Source: Polyangiales bacterium (GTDB lineage Bacteria; Myxococcota_A; Polyangia; Polyangiales; Houyiibacteriaceae). Taken from it: DNA of 64,000 bases. Both the position numbers and the translations under genes were made by a program. The stretch's first letter is position 1. The number at the start of each line of letters is the position of its first letter. Shown in pieces: positions 40,643-50,037 of this stretch. The DNA lies in assembly GCA_045106895.1 (NCBI GenBank), contig JBGCFM010000149.1, positions 40,899 to 104,898 of the forward strand, written 5' to 3'. Under the pieces are notes generated by a model. It had not been told where the DNA came from. It worked only from the letters and a program-made list of their open reading frames with translations, and did no database searches.

Positions 40643-41842
40643 ATGCTCGTGACCGACCTACCGCCTGCGCTTCTTCGAAGCCTCGCATTCGTTTTCGGCG
40701 CGCTTTGGGGCAGCTTCTTCAACGTGGCCATCTACCGCTGGCCCCTCGGCATGAGCGTGGTCAACCCGCCCAGCCACTGCCCCTCCTGCAACACTCCGGT
40801 CCCTTGGTACCGCAACCTGCCCCTCGTCGCCTACGCGATGCAGCGCGGTCGCGCGGCGTGCTGCGGCACTAAACTCACCGGTCGCTACCTGATGGTGGAG
40901 CTCCTCGGCGGCGTCCTATGCCTGGCGCTCATGGAGCGTTTCGTCGTCGACGCGGGAGCCGTCGAACTTCTTCAGCCGCTCCTTGAGGCGCTGGTTCTCT
41001 TCTTCTTTGTCGGCGGTTTGCTCGTCGCGACCTTCATCGACCTCGAACACACCATGATCCCGGACGAGGTCACCCTCCCCGGCGCAGCGCTTGGCCTCGT
41101 CAGCGTGAGCTTCCGCGACGTCGACGCCATGGACATGGCCATCGGCGCCGGCGCCGGCTACCTGATCATTCAGATCACCTTCGTGTGGGGCTACGAGCGA
41201 CTCTTCGGCCGACGCGGCATGGGCGAAGGGGACAGCAAACTCCTCCTCATGATCGGCGCCTTCTGCGGATGGAAAGGCATTGTCTTCGCGCTCCTCGGCG
41301 GCTGCATCCAAGGAATCGTGGCGGTCGTGGGCGCATTCGTGCTTCGCAAAGATCTCATCGTCGGCGATGAGTTTGCGGACGACCCTGGCCCTCACGTCGA
41401 AGCCTCCCAGGCGAGCGCGGCCTGCCTCGATGGAAGCGGAGAAGCGACGAAGCTCTTGAAAAAGTCCGTGCCGCTGGAGGCCCCGGCGCAGTTGGAAGAG
41501 CCCGCCGCAGGCCTAACCACCAAACGTTTCGTCACCTTGCTCCTCTTCTTCGGAGGTCTCTCTGTCGCGTCGTTGATGCACCTTCCTCCCGAGCTCGCGC
41601 CGACGATGGCCGCCATCAGCACGACCCTCGGCCTGAGCATGATGGCCATCTACTACCTGAACGGCCGGCGCGCGGAACAGAGTGAAGGCGAAGACGAGAG
41701 CACCGACGCGAGCGCTGCGGGGCCTGAAGAGGCGCCACGCACGCTTCCGAAGATTCCGTTTGGGCCTTTCCTGGCGCTCGCCGCACTCGAGTGGCTCTTC
41801 TTTGGCGAACAGCTCTTCGAGTGGTGGCTCAACCTGCTCTAA
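40643..41842 (+). CDS. pilD: Type IV prepilin peptidase/N-methyltransferase
   Basis: GSFFNVAIYRWP, SHCPSC, IDL, GMGEGD, IPFGPFLA. Confidence 0.93.
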   Translation: MLVTDLPPALLRSLAFVFGALWGSFFNVAIYRWPLGMSVVNPPSHCPSCNTPVPWYRNLPLVAYAMQRGRAACCGTKLTGRYLMVELLGGVLCLALMERFVVDAGAVELLQPLLEALVLFFFVGGLLVATFIDLEHTMIPDEVTLPGAALGLVSVSFRDVDAMDMAIGAGAGYLIIQITFVWGYERLFGRRGMGEGDSKLLLMIGAFCGWKGIVFALLGGCIQGIVAVVGAFVLRKDLIVGDEFADDPGPHVEASQASAACLDGSGEATKLLKKSVPLEAPAQLEEPAAGLTTKRFVTLLLFFGGLSVASLMHLPPELAPTMAAISTTLGLSMMAIYYLNGRRAEQSEGEDESTDASAAGPEEAPRTLPKIPFGPFLALAALEWLFFGEQLFEWWLNLL

Positions 41843-41862
41843 CGCGACCGGGACGCTGGCCC

Positions 41863-42552
41863 TTAGGCAGCGGCGCCGCTCTTCTTCAGCGGCCGGAACC
41901 AGCGCACGATGAGCACGAGGTTGAGCAGCACAAAAAAGACGCAGAGCACCGACGCCAGCAACGTCCACCACGCCGAGCCCGGCTCGCGATCTGCCAGCAC
42001 GACGCGAGCGTCTCGAGGGACGCGAGCGCCCATGTGGTTTTCGAGGTGCTTGCGCAGTGGCTCGTATCGAGAGCCGAGGGCGCGGAATGTTGTCAGGCGA
42101 CCACTGAACTCCCGGCGAGCCGCGGTGATCGCAGCAAAATCGCCCTCTGCTTCTGGGATTTCAATGTAGACATTTTCCGAACCCACGAGCCGGGTCAGCG
42201 CGAAACGTCCTCCAGCGCGATCGTATCGGATCGTCTGGGAGGCCATCGGGCTTCCGTCGATGTGAACGTATCGCTCGTCTGGCGTGGCGGCGGGTTCCAG
42301 CGCGGTGATCTCGCCGAGCTCCAGGACCGACGCGTCGCTCATGAAGTAGCGAAGATCGGGGGTAAGAGCGCGAACGAGGATCAAACAGGCGACGACGGTC
42401 ATCGCCATGAGCACCAAAGTGAGGACCCGGCGCCCCTGAGCGGGCTGAGGCAGCGCGACGAGTTCGGGGTCGACGCCGTCCACAAGCCGCGGGGAGCCCT
42501 CGGGGATAAGTCCCTCATCAAGCTGATCGGCGGTGGGTTCGGCGGCGCTCAT
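41863..42552 (-). CDS. Hypothetical membrane protein (two TMs)
   Basis: AAGGA SD; DPELVALP, TM, soluble domain, C-terminal TM. Confidence 0.7.
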   Translation of the reverse strand: MSAAEPTADQLDEGLIPEGSPRLVDGVDPELVALPQPAQGRRVLTLVLMAMTVVACLILVRALTPDLRYFMSDASVLELGEITALEPAATPDERYVHIDGSPMASQTIRYDRAGGRFALTRLVGSENVYIEIPEAEGDFAAITAARREFSGRLTTFRALGSRYEPLRKHLENHMGARVPRDARVVLADREPGSAWWTLLASVLCVFFVLLNLVLIVRWFRPLKKSGAAA

Positions 42553-42665
42553 CGTTCCTTCAAAGGTAGACACTCATTATAGGAGAAAGTTCGACTGAAC
42601 GGGTGTGTTGACTCGAGGGACGCGGATCAAGAGCCAACACGCCCGAAATCGCGCAATAAAACGCG

Positions 42666-42693
42666 AAAAACGGAGCCGTTGGACGACTCCGTT
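42666..42693 (-). terminator. Intrinsic terminator
   Basis: AACGGAGTCGT-CCA-ACGGCTCCGTTTTT on the minus strand. Confidence 0.7.
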
Positions 42694-42748
42694 CTCTTCT
42701 TCACGTGTGATCGCTCATTCCGCAGCCCGAAGACTACGAGAAAACGCC

Positions 42749-43120
42749 TCAGTTGGCGCGCTTGGCGGCCTTCTTGGAGGCACCGTAGTGATCCCAGAGC
42801 TTAGGCGTTGGGAACTCCGCGAAACGAGCGGCGTAGCCTTCGTCCTTGCGACCTTCGGCCTCCACGATGGCCTTGATGACAGCGTCGCGGCCGCCAAACT
42901 CCTGAACGGCGGTGAGCACGTCGTGGAGGTGAAGGAGCTTCTTGTTCGAGATCAGCTCAAGGCCGGTGTTCTCGTTCAAGCGGTCGATCCACAGACCGTC
43001 GGTCGTGAGGGCCTTCACTGCGGCGACAAGCTTCTCTTTTCCAGCCTTGCGGGCCAGGGTTGGGTCTTGTTCGCTGATATCGAATCGCGCCTTCACGGCG
43101 GCGAGGGGGGACTGCTTCAT
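42749..43120 (-). CDS. Small helical hypothetical protein
   Basis: AGGAG SD; strong codon bias; own promoter and terminator. Confidence 0.75.
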   Translation of the reverse strand: MKQSPLAAVKARFDISEQDPTLARKAGKEKLVAAVKALTTDGLWIDRLNENTGLELISNKKLLHLHDVLTAVQEFGGRDAVIKAIVEAEGRKDEGYAARFAEFPTPKLWDHYGASKKAAKRAN

Positions 43121-43169
43121 CGGAATCTCCTGAATCTCGCCCTGGCACGCGCCGAGGTCGAGGTCGAGC

Positions 43170-43198
43170 GGGTTAGCATGGTGTTTTGGTTCTTGCAA
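43170..43198 (-). promoter_or_regulatory. Sigma-70-type promoter
   Basis: TTGCAA-N17-TAACCC with extended TG. Confidence 0.45.
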
Positions 43199-43209
43199 GG
43201 AACGCTGAG

Positions 43210-43269
43210 TTTGAAGGTGAGCCGCCCGCGGCGGCGAGGAAACTTCCGAAAAGTTCCCTTAAAGAAAGA
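43210..43269 (+). repeat. Copy B of a 60-nt dispersed structured element
   Basis: TTTGAAGGTGAGCCGCCCGCGGCGGCGAGGAAACTTCCGAAAAGTTCCCTTAAAGAAAGA. Confidence 0.8.
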
Positions 43270-43370
43270 AGCTCAGGCGATCCATGAATGAACTCCGAGC
43301 ACTCGCCAGCGGAAGCCGGACTTTCGAAGTCAGCCTCGATCGCGGCTTAGCGATCGACTAGGTTGGGCGG

Positions 43371-46300
43371 ATGAGCGAAGGCGAGACGGAATCGTTCGTC
43401 CACCTGCATGTGCATTCCGAGTTTACGATGCTGGACGGAGCCGTCCGCATCAACGAGCTCGTGAAGACGTGTGAGAGTCTTGGTATGCCCGCCGTCGCCC
43501 TGACGGATCGCGCCAATATGTACGGCGCTGTGCAGCTGCACCACGCCTGTCAGGGCACGAACGTCAAACCGATCCTCGGTGCGGAGGTTTCCGTCACCAG
43601 CGGCGACCACAAAGACGAGCGCGCGCCCGAAGCGGGTCACATCGTGCTCCTCGCCGAAAGCCAAGAGGGCTACCAGAACATCGTTCGTTTGGTGAGTCTT
43701 GGCTGGGTCGACGGGAACAAGACAGGGGTCCCCCGCATCGACTTCGAGCTCCTCGACCAGCACCGCGAGGGCGTAGTCGCGCTCACCGCGTGTCTCGGCG
43801 GCTGGCTGCCACAACAGATTCTCATGCAGGGCCCCGAGGCTGGCGAAAAGGGTCTCGCTCGGCTTCATGAGATCTACGGCGAGAGCCTCTACGTCGAACT
43901 CGAAGACCATGGGTTCCCGGAGAACCGGCCACTCAACACCTTGCTCACGCAGCTCGCCGACGCGCGGAACATTCCCGTCGTCGCCACGAACTGCACGCAC
44001 TTCCTCACGCGCGACCTCGCGAAGTCGCAGCTCGCTCTTCAGTGCATCGGCCGCGGTCGAACGCTCCACGAGATGGAGGCGATGCACCACAACTCCGCGG
44101 AGATGTATCTCAAAGACGCCGCAGCGATGGCGGAGCTCTTTCCCGACCGGCCCGACGCGCTTCGAAACACCCTCGTCATCGCCGAGCGCTGCGCCGGTAA
44201 GGCGAGCCCCCTCAGCCCGCCAAAGCTTCCGCGTTTTCCGGTCCCGGAGACACAAAGCGAAGACGACTACCTCCGCGAGGTGAGCCAGACCGGCCTCGAG
44301 CAGCGCTACGACGAGATGCGAAAGCAAGGCATCGAGCCCAACGTCGAAGAGTACCAAGCGCGGCTCAAGGTCGAGCTCGATGTGATCTGCTCGATGGGCT
44401 TCCCGGGCTACTTCCTCATCGTCTGGGACTTCATCAAGTGGGCACGAGACAACGACGTCCCCGTCGGGCCAGGACGAGGCTCCGGCGCAGGTTCCCTCGT
44501 CGCTTTCTCGCTCCGCATCACGAACATTGACCCTCTGCCCTACGGCCTGCTCTTCGAACGTTTCTTGAACCCAGAACGCGTGTCGATGCCCGACTTCGAC
44601 ATCGACTTCTGCATGAGCAAGCGCGATCAGGTCATCGAGTACGTGCGCAACCACTATGGCCGCCACAGTGTCGGACAGATCGCCACGTTCCATCAGCTTA
44701 AGAGCAAGAGCGTCGTCCGCGACATGGGTCGCGTGATGGGCTTGCCGCCCGTCGACGCCGGCCGAATCGCAGCGCTCATCCCCGAGCTTGGACCCGGTAA
44801 GAGCGCCACGATTCCCGAAGCGCTCAAAATGGAAGCGCGACTTAAGACCATCTACGACAACGAGCCGGAGATCCACGAGCTCCTCGACACAGCGCAGCAG
44901 ATTGAAAACCTGACGCGCCACGCGGGCATGCACGCCGCCGGCGTCGTCATCAGCGAAGGACCCATCTGGGACACCGTCCCCGTCTTCTGCCCGGAAGAAG
45001 ACGTCATCGTCACGCAGTACCACAAGGACGATGTGGAGGCCGCGGGGCTGGTCAAGTTCGACTTCCTCGGTCTGAAGACCCTCACGGTCTTGGACATCGC
45101 CGTGAAGCTCATCCAACGGCGCCCGGACATGCCGGACGAGCCCTTCGACCTGGATGGGATTCCCCTCGACGACCCTGCGACCTACGCGCTGCTTCAATCC
45201 GGCGAGACGACGAACGTCTTCCAGCTGGAAGGCCAGGGCATGCAGTCGCTCTTCAAGATGCTGAAACCGGACTGCTTCGAGGACATCGTCGCCGCCGTCG
45301 CGCTCTACCGGCCGGGTCCGATGGGCGCGGACATGCATACAGACTTCGTGCATCGAAAGCACGGGCGTCAAAAGGTCGAGTTCCCCGACCCATGCCTCGA
45401 GCCGATCCTCCGCGACACCCGCGGCGTCATCGTCTACCAGGAACAGGTCATGCTGATCGCCCGCGTCATGGGCGGCTACAGCCTCGGCGGCGCGGACATT
45501 CTCCGACGCGCGATGGGTAAGAAAAAAGCTTCCGAGATGGAGAAGCAGAAAAAGATCTTCATCGAAGGTGCCGGCAAGCTCGGGCACACGGCGGAGAAGG
45601 CCGAAGAGGTCTTCGATCTCATCGCCTTCTTCGCAGGTTACGGCTTCAACAAGTCGCACTCTGCGGCCTACGCGTTGATCACGTACCAAACCGCCTACCT
45701 TAAGACTCACTTCCCGGCGGAGTTCTGCTGCGCGACGATGAGCGCCGACAAAGACAAGTCTGACAAGGTCGTGCGCACCGTCGCCGAGTCCCGCGCGTTG
45801 GGCATCACCGTCATGCCGCCGGACGTCAACCAGAGCGCCGTCGACTTCACCGTCGTCTACGACAACGCGGGGCACAAAGAGCGTCGGCACGCTTCGCGAC
45901 CGGTCGCGGCGAATGGCGAATGCACGGACCCCACGGCGCCCTCCATTCGCTTCGGCCTCGGCGCGCTCAAAGGCGTAGGCCACTCGGCGCTCGACGCGAT
46001 CTTCGAAGCGCGACAAGCGGGCACCGGCGAGAAGAAGAGCGAAGAACCGTTCATCGACCTCTTTGACTTCTGTGACCGCGTCGACCTCCGGCGAGTAAAC
46101 AAGAACGTCTGCGAAGCGCTGGTTCAAAGCGGCGCCTTCGACCGTCTTCATAGCGGCGACGAGGTGCACCGCGCTCAAGCAGTCGCCGCCGTCGAGACGG
46201 CCATCGAACGCGGCAAACGCTCGGCTCAAGAGCGGGCAAGCGGTCAGACAAATCTCTTCGGGCTGCTCGGGGGCAGCGACGATGGTGAGGACGACTACCA

Positions 46301-47021
46301 AAAAGTCGGCGGCACGTTCCCCAGCGGAATCTCCACCTGGGACAGCAAAGAACTCCTTCAGCGCGAAAAGAAGACGCTCGGCTTCTATGTCAGCGGCCAC
46401 CCCCTCGACCGCTACACCGCCGAGCTCCGTCGTTTCTGCAACGCGACGACGGAGAGCATCGCCACGATGGAGATGGAGCGCGGTTTCAAGGTGATCATCG
46501 GCGGCGCCGTCGAAGGATACCGAGAGCGACGCACCCGCGCCGGCGCGACGATGGCGTTCTTTGAGATCGAGGACTCCTACGGGCGCGTGGAGGTCATCGT
46601 TCGACCCCGCCAGCTCGAGAATGACGAGCGCCTGCGCGCCGTTCTGAGCAGCGGTGACCCGATCATTCTCGAGGCATCCGTCAAACACGAGTTCCGCGGA
46701 CAAGACGCCGACCCCGATGCCGCGCCGGAGCCCAAGCTCATCCTTCAGCGTGCAAGCTCCCTTGAAGAAGTCCTCGCAAAGAAGACCAAGTACATCAACA
46801 TCAAGGTCGACGTCTCCGTCCTCGACCACGACAAGCTCGTCACGCTCAAGACAACCCTCGAAAAGTACTCCGGGCCGGTTCCTGTGAGCCTTCAGATGAG
46901 CAACAGCGACGAACGCTGGACCGCATGCATCGAAGAGACCGGCGTGTGCGTCGAACCCAGCGATGCCCTGCTCGCGAGCCTTGAACGGCTCTTCGGTGGC
47001 AAAGTCGCGGAGATGCGCTGA
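43371..47021 (+). CDS. dnaE: DNA polymerase III alpha subunit
   Basis: HLHVHSE PHP domain; GPGRGSGAGS, MPDFDIDF, KFDFLGL, YGFNKSH; OB fold. Confidence 0.98.
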   Translation: MSEGETESFVHLHVHSEFTMLDGAVRINELVKTCESLGMPAVALTDRANMYGAVQLHHACQGTNVKPILGAEVSVTSGDHKDERAPEAGHIVLLAESQEGYQNIVRLVSLGWVDGNKTGVPRIDFELLDQHREGVVALTACLGGWLPQQILMQGPEAGEKGLARLHEIYGESLYVELEDHGFPENRPLNTLLTQLADARNIPVVATNCTHFLTRDLAKSQLALQCIGRGRTLHEMEAMHHNSAEMYLKDAAAMAELFPDRPDALRNTLVIAERCAGKASPLSPPKLPRFPVPETQSEDDYLREVSQTGLEQRYDEMRKQGIEPNVEEYQARLKVELDVICSMGFPGYFLIVWDFIKWARDNDVPVGPGRGSGAGSLVAFSLRITNIDPLPYGLLFERFLNPERVSMPDFDIDFCMSKRDQVIEYVRNHYGRHSVGQIATFHQLKSKSVVRDMGRVMGLPPVDAGRIAALIPELGPGKSATIPEALKMEARLKTIYDNEPEIHELLDTAQQIENLTRHAGMHAAGVVISEGPIWDTVPVFCPEEDVIVTQYHKDDVEAAGLVKFDFLGLKTLTVLDIAVKLIQRRPDMPDEPFDLDGIPLDDPATYALLQSGETTNVFQLEGQGMQSLFKMLKPDCFEDIVAAVALYRPGPMGADMHTDFVHRKHGRQKVEFPDPCLEPILRDTRGVIVYQEQVMLIARVMGGYSLGGADILRRAMGKKKASEMEKQKKIFIEGAGKLGHTAEKAEEVFDLIAFFAGYGFNKSHSAAYALITYQTAYLKTHFPAEFCCATMSADKDKSDKVVRTVAESRALGITVMPPDVNQSAVDFTVVYDNAGHKERRHASRPVAANGECTDPTAPSIRFGLGALKGVGHSALDAIFEARQAGTGEKKSEEPFIDLFDFCDRVDLRRVNKNVCEALVQSGAFDRLHSGDEVHRAQAVAAVETAIERGKRSAQERASGQTNLFGLLGGSDDGEDDYQKVGGTFPSGISTWDSKELLQREKKTLGFYVSGHPLDRYTAELRRFCNATTESIATMEMERGFKVIIGGAVEGYRERRTRAGATMAFFEIEDSYGRVEVIVRPRQLENDERLRAVLSSGDPIILEASVKHEFRGQDADPDAAPEPKLILQRASSLEEVLAKKTKYINIKVDVSVLDHDKLVTLKTTLEKYSGPVPVSLQMSNSDERWTACIEETGVCVEPSDALLASLERLFGGKVAEMR

Positions 47022-47746
47022 TGCGGCGCTCAGCCGCCTTTGTCGCTCTGAGCATCGCCTCCATTTCACTACTCGCCAGCGCCGAGGTTCCGCCATCCAC
47101 GTCCGTCGGCTCCCCGCAACGAGGTCACCTCGTCGCGGGCGTGGCGCTGCCCGCCAGTGGCGCTGGCTTTCGCTTTCAGACCATTCGCGGCAACCCCTCC
47201 GCCCGCTACGGAACCGAGGAGATGGTCGCGATGCTTCTCGCAGCCGTCGCTGGTGTGGAGTCCGAAGCGCCCGGCTCCTTGCTCGTCATCGGCGACCTAA
47301 GTCTTCCGGAAGGCGGACGCATCCACGGGCACGGCTCGCACACGAGCGGACGCGACGTCGACATTCGTTACTACGCTCTGGACGAGGGCGGAGAACCTCG
47401 CAGTGAACCCAACGTCGATTTTGGCCGAAACGGACGCGCGTCAGATGGCGGCCGCTTCGATGTGGAGCGCAACTGGCTCTTCATCCGCAGCGCCCTCGAG
47501 TCCGAGCTCGCCGACGTTCAATACATCTTTATCTATGGGCCGCTGGAGCGGCTCCTCCTGGAACACGCGGAGGCCAACGGCGCGTCGCCGGAGCTCCTCC
47601 AGGAAGCCGCGCGAAAAATGATGCCGCCGGGCGGCGGCTCACGCGTGTCGCCTCATGCGGACCACATGCACATTCGTATTCTGTGCACCGCAGAGGACGA
47701 GGCAGAAGGTTGCCTCAACCGAAACTCGCGTCGACGACGGCGTTGA
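47021..47746 (+). CDS. mepA: Penicillin-insensitive murein endopeptidase (MepA-like)
   Basis: Signal peptide; IGDLS..GG, HGSHTSGRDVD, HADHMHIR. Confidence 0.85.
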   Translation: MRRSAAFVALSIASISLLASAEVPPSTSVGSPQRGHLVAGVALPASGAGFRFQTIRGNPSARYGTEEMVAMLLAAVAGVESEAPGSLLVIGDLSLPEGGRIHGHGSHTSGRDVDIRYYALDEGGEPRSEPNVDFGRNGRASDGGRFDVERNWLFIRSALESELADVQYIFIYGPLERLLLEHAEANGASPELLQEAARKMMPPGGGSRVSPHADHMHIRILCTAEDEAEGCLNRNSRRRRR

Positions 47747-47814
47747 GGAACGGAGCCAAATGAAAAAGGCCAGACCGCAAAGCGCGACCTGACCTCATTC
47801 TGAATGAGCGTGTT

Positions 47815-49884
47815 CTACTCTGCGGGGCGAACCGTGACTCGCACGATCTCGTTCACGGCGGGGTACGACCAGACGCCGTCGGGGAGGAGCCGAACAAGTC
47901 CGTTTCCTTCGGCTTCCCCTGTATTCGGTCCAGCTTGACGCGGTGCCTGATCAGAACCGGCCGCACCGGACTGGTTCTGCTCTGTGCCGGAATCCCAAGC
48001 GACAAGCGCTGCAGCGATGTCGGCGGCGATGTCCACGTCACTGCGCGAGGCGCCGGCTTCGTCGAGGAGCGCGATGCCCTCGGGGCCGAAGGCCAAGAAG
48101 AGGTCGTTGGAAGGAACAAGCATCGTGGCGAGGCTCAGGAAGCGATGGTCGGCATCCGGCGTCACGATGAACGTGTAGCCGTTGCCTGGCATTGCGGGTC
48201 CCGCGCCAGCTGCGCCATTAGGAATCGCCTCGACACCCGAGGTGCCAATGCCCGCGAGGCCTTCGAGGGACATCGCAAGGGGCATGGCGTTTCCATCTTC
48301 GGAGAGCGCTTCGATGCCGGCAGAAGCTGGAGCCCCATCCGTGAAGAGAGACACTTCAGCCGTGTGCGTCGCCCAAGCGACCGGCGTGAGGATTGGAAAG
48401 CCGTCGCCAACGGTGTCCACGGCAACGATGAAGGAGCCCGCGTCGCCAAGAACGGTCACATTCACGAACTCACTGAGGTCCGCCAGCGCGTTGGTCGCGC
48501 CGGTGCTTCGGTCGTAGAGACGGACGCCCGTCGTTGGGTCCGCGTCACCGGTGTTGGGGCCTGCCTGGCGTGGTGCCTGATTGGAACCGGCTCCTGGGAT
48601 CTGATCGGCTTCGGTGCCTGCGTCCCAGATGACAAGTTCACGACGAATCTGCGCCTGAACGTCTTCGGCGGAGCGAGGCATGCCTGCATCGTCGAAGAGG
48701 TCCACGCCCGCAGGAGAGAGCGCCAGGAACGCATCATTCGTCTGAACCACCATCGTCGCGAAGCTCAAGATGGAGCCAGCGGCGGTCGGGGTGACGTCGA
48801 AGTCGATGGACTCACCTGCGACCACGGCGCCCATATTCGCGTTGCCGGATTCGACGACATTCGCCGCGCCCGCGAGGGCAGCAGACATCGTCGCGCCCGA
48901 GCCGTCTTCGGCCATTTCTTCGATTCCAGCGGAAGCAGGTTCACCGACTGCAAAGAAGCTCACCGAGTCGTCGTGAACCGCCCATGGCACGTTGGCGATG
49001 GGCGTCACGAAGGTGCCCGTTTCGCCCGAGATGTTGTTGAGCGAGATGTTGTACGTGCCGGCGTCTTCGGTGACGTCGACACGGACGATGCTCGCAGCCG
49101 TCGGGAGCGCGTGTGTTGACGCGACGTGCTCACGTACGACGCCCTCCCCGGGACCCGTGTCGGCAGCGCTCTGGCGCGGCGCCTGATTCGGACCGGAACC
49201 GGGCGCTTCGTTGGCTTCCGAACCGACGTCCCAGAGGGAGAGACTCTCTGTCACGTCCGTTTCGGCGAGAGGCGCGCCGGCGTCGTCAAAGAGCGGGATG
49301 CCTGTTCCGTCGGGGGCGATGAAGATGTCGTTAGACTGCACGAACATGGTCGCGAGATGAAGCGCTTCGCCGGGAAGAGCCGAAACCTCGAACTCGTAGG
49401 CGTCACCGGGGAAAGCAGGACCGGGCATCGCTCCACCTTCGACGGTGTTGAAGACGACGCTGCCCTCGGTGACGGCGCCGAGGGGCCCGGCGTTCCCGTC
49501 TTCAGCGATGGCTGCAAGTCCTTGTTCACGGTCGGCTTCATCGACGGTGAACAAAGGGTCGGCATCCGCGGATGCGAAGGCGACGCCCGGCGAAACAGGC
49601 CCTGCGATGGGCCCGGGTCCGGAGATGTTCTCGATGCGGACAACGAAGCGTGTTGCTTCCGGCCCTGCGTCTTCCGTACCGGCGTCGTCGCCCGTGCTGG
49701 CGTCGTCCGTGCCGGCGTCATCGTCCGTGCTGGCGTCGTCCGTGCTGGCGTCGTCGCCCGTGCCGGCGTCGGCGACGATGGCGTCAGGCGACGGGCCTGA
49801 ATCCATGGACACGTCGTCATCACCGCAGCCACCAAGGGCGCCGATGAGACCGAAGAGAAGGAGTGAGCGTTTCCAATGAGTCAT
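47815..49884 (-). CDS. Lipoprotein with three spondin_N-like domains
   Basis: Lipobox LGGC; three copies of AEDG...ATM.V.SND.F...WD.G.E.NQ.PG. Confidence 0.82.
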   Translation of the reverse strand: MTHWKRSLLLFGLIGALGGCGDDDVSMDSGPSPDAIVADAGTGDDASTDDASTDDDAGTDDASTGDDAGTEDAGPEATRFVVRIENISGPGPIAGPVSPGVAFASADADPLFTVDEADREQGLAAIAEDGNAGPLGAVTEGSVVFNTVEGGAMPGPAFPGDAYEFEVSALPGEALHLATMFVQSNDIFIAPDGTGIPLFDDAGAPLAETDVTESLSLWDVGSEANEAPGSGPNQAPRQSAADTGPGEGVVREHVASTHALPTAASIVRVDVTEDAGTYNISLNNISGETGTFVTPIANVPWAVHDDSVSFFAVGEPASAGIEEMAEDGSGATMSAALAGAANVVESGNANMGAVVAGESIDFDVTPTAAGSILSFATMVVQTNDAFLALSPAGVDLFDDAGMPRSAEDVQAQIRRELVIWDAGTEADQIPGAGSNQAPRQAGPNTGDADPTTGVRLYDRSTGATNALADLSEFVNVTVLGDAGSFIVAVDTVGDGFPILTPVAWATHTAEVSLFTDGAPASAGIEALSEDGNAMPLAMSLEGLAGIGTSGVEAIPNGAAGAGPAMPGNGYTFIVTPDADHRFLSLATMLVPSNDLFLAFGPEGIALLDEAGASRSDVDIAADIAAALVAWDSGTEQNQSGAAGSDQAPRQAGPNTGEAEGNGLVRLLPDGVWSYPAVNEIVRVTVRPAE
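49672..49770 (-). repeat. Acidic linker repeats (DDAST/DDAGT)
   Basis: 15-18 bp imperfect tandem units. Confidence 0.75.
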
Positions 49885-50037
49885 GTTGTCTCCGTTAAGT
49901 CAGCGGACGGCATTCAGGCGTCCTCAAGCGGTCTATCTACGGTGAGCGTCCGACATCGTTACGCAAGGCGCATCAATAAACGGTTTTCGTTCGTTCGTTT
50001 CGAATGTTCGAATGGCTCGTTGTGCTCACACGAATGA

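Noticed and set aside
45850..45945. Intein in dnaE
   Set aside because: The insertion is only about 25 aa and has no splicing motifs; it is probably a loop.
43347..47096. 1249-aa minus-strand ORF, and similar long antisense ORFs (22643-24637, 33755-34924, 47935-49119)
   Set aside because: These are shadows of real genes caused by high GC3 codon bias; they show no recognisable motifs.
49672..49770. CRISPR array (also considered at 105-183 and 52215-52420)
   Set aside because: These are in-frame coding repeats with no unique spacers, and there are no cas genes.
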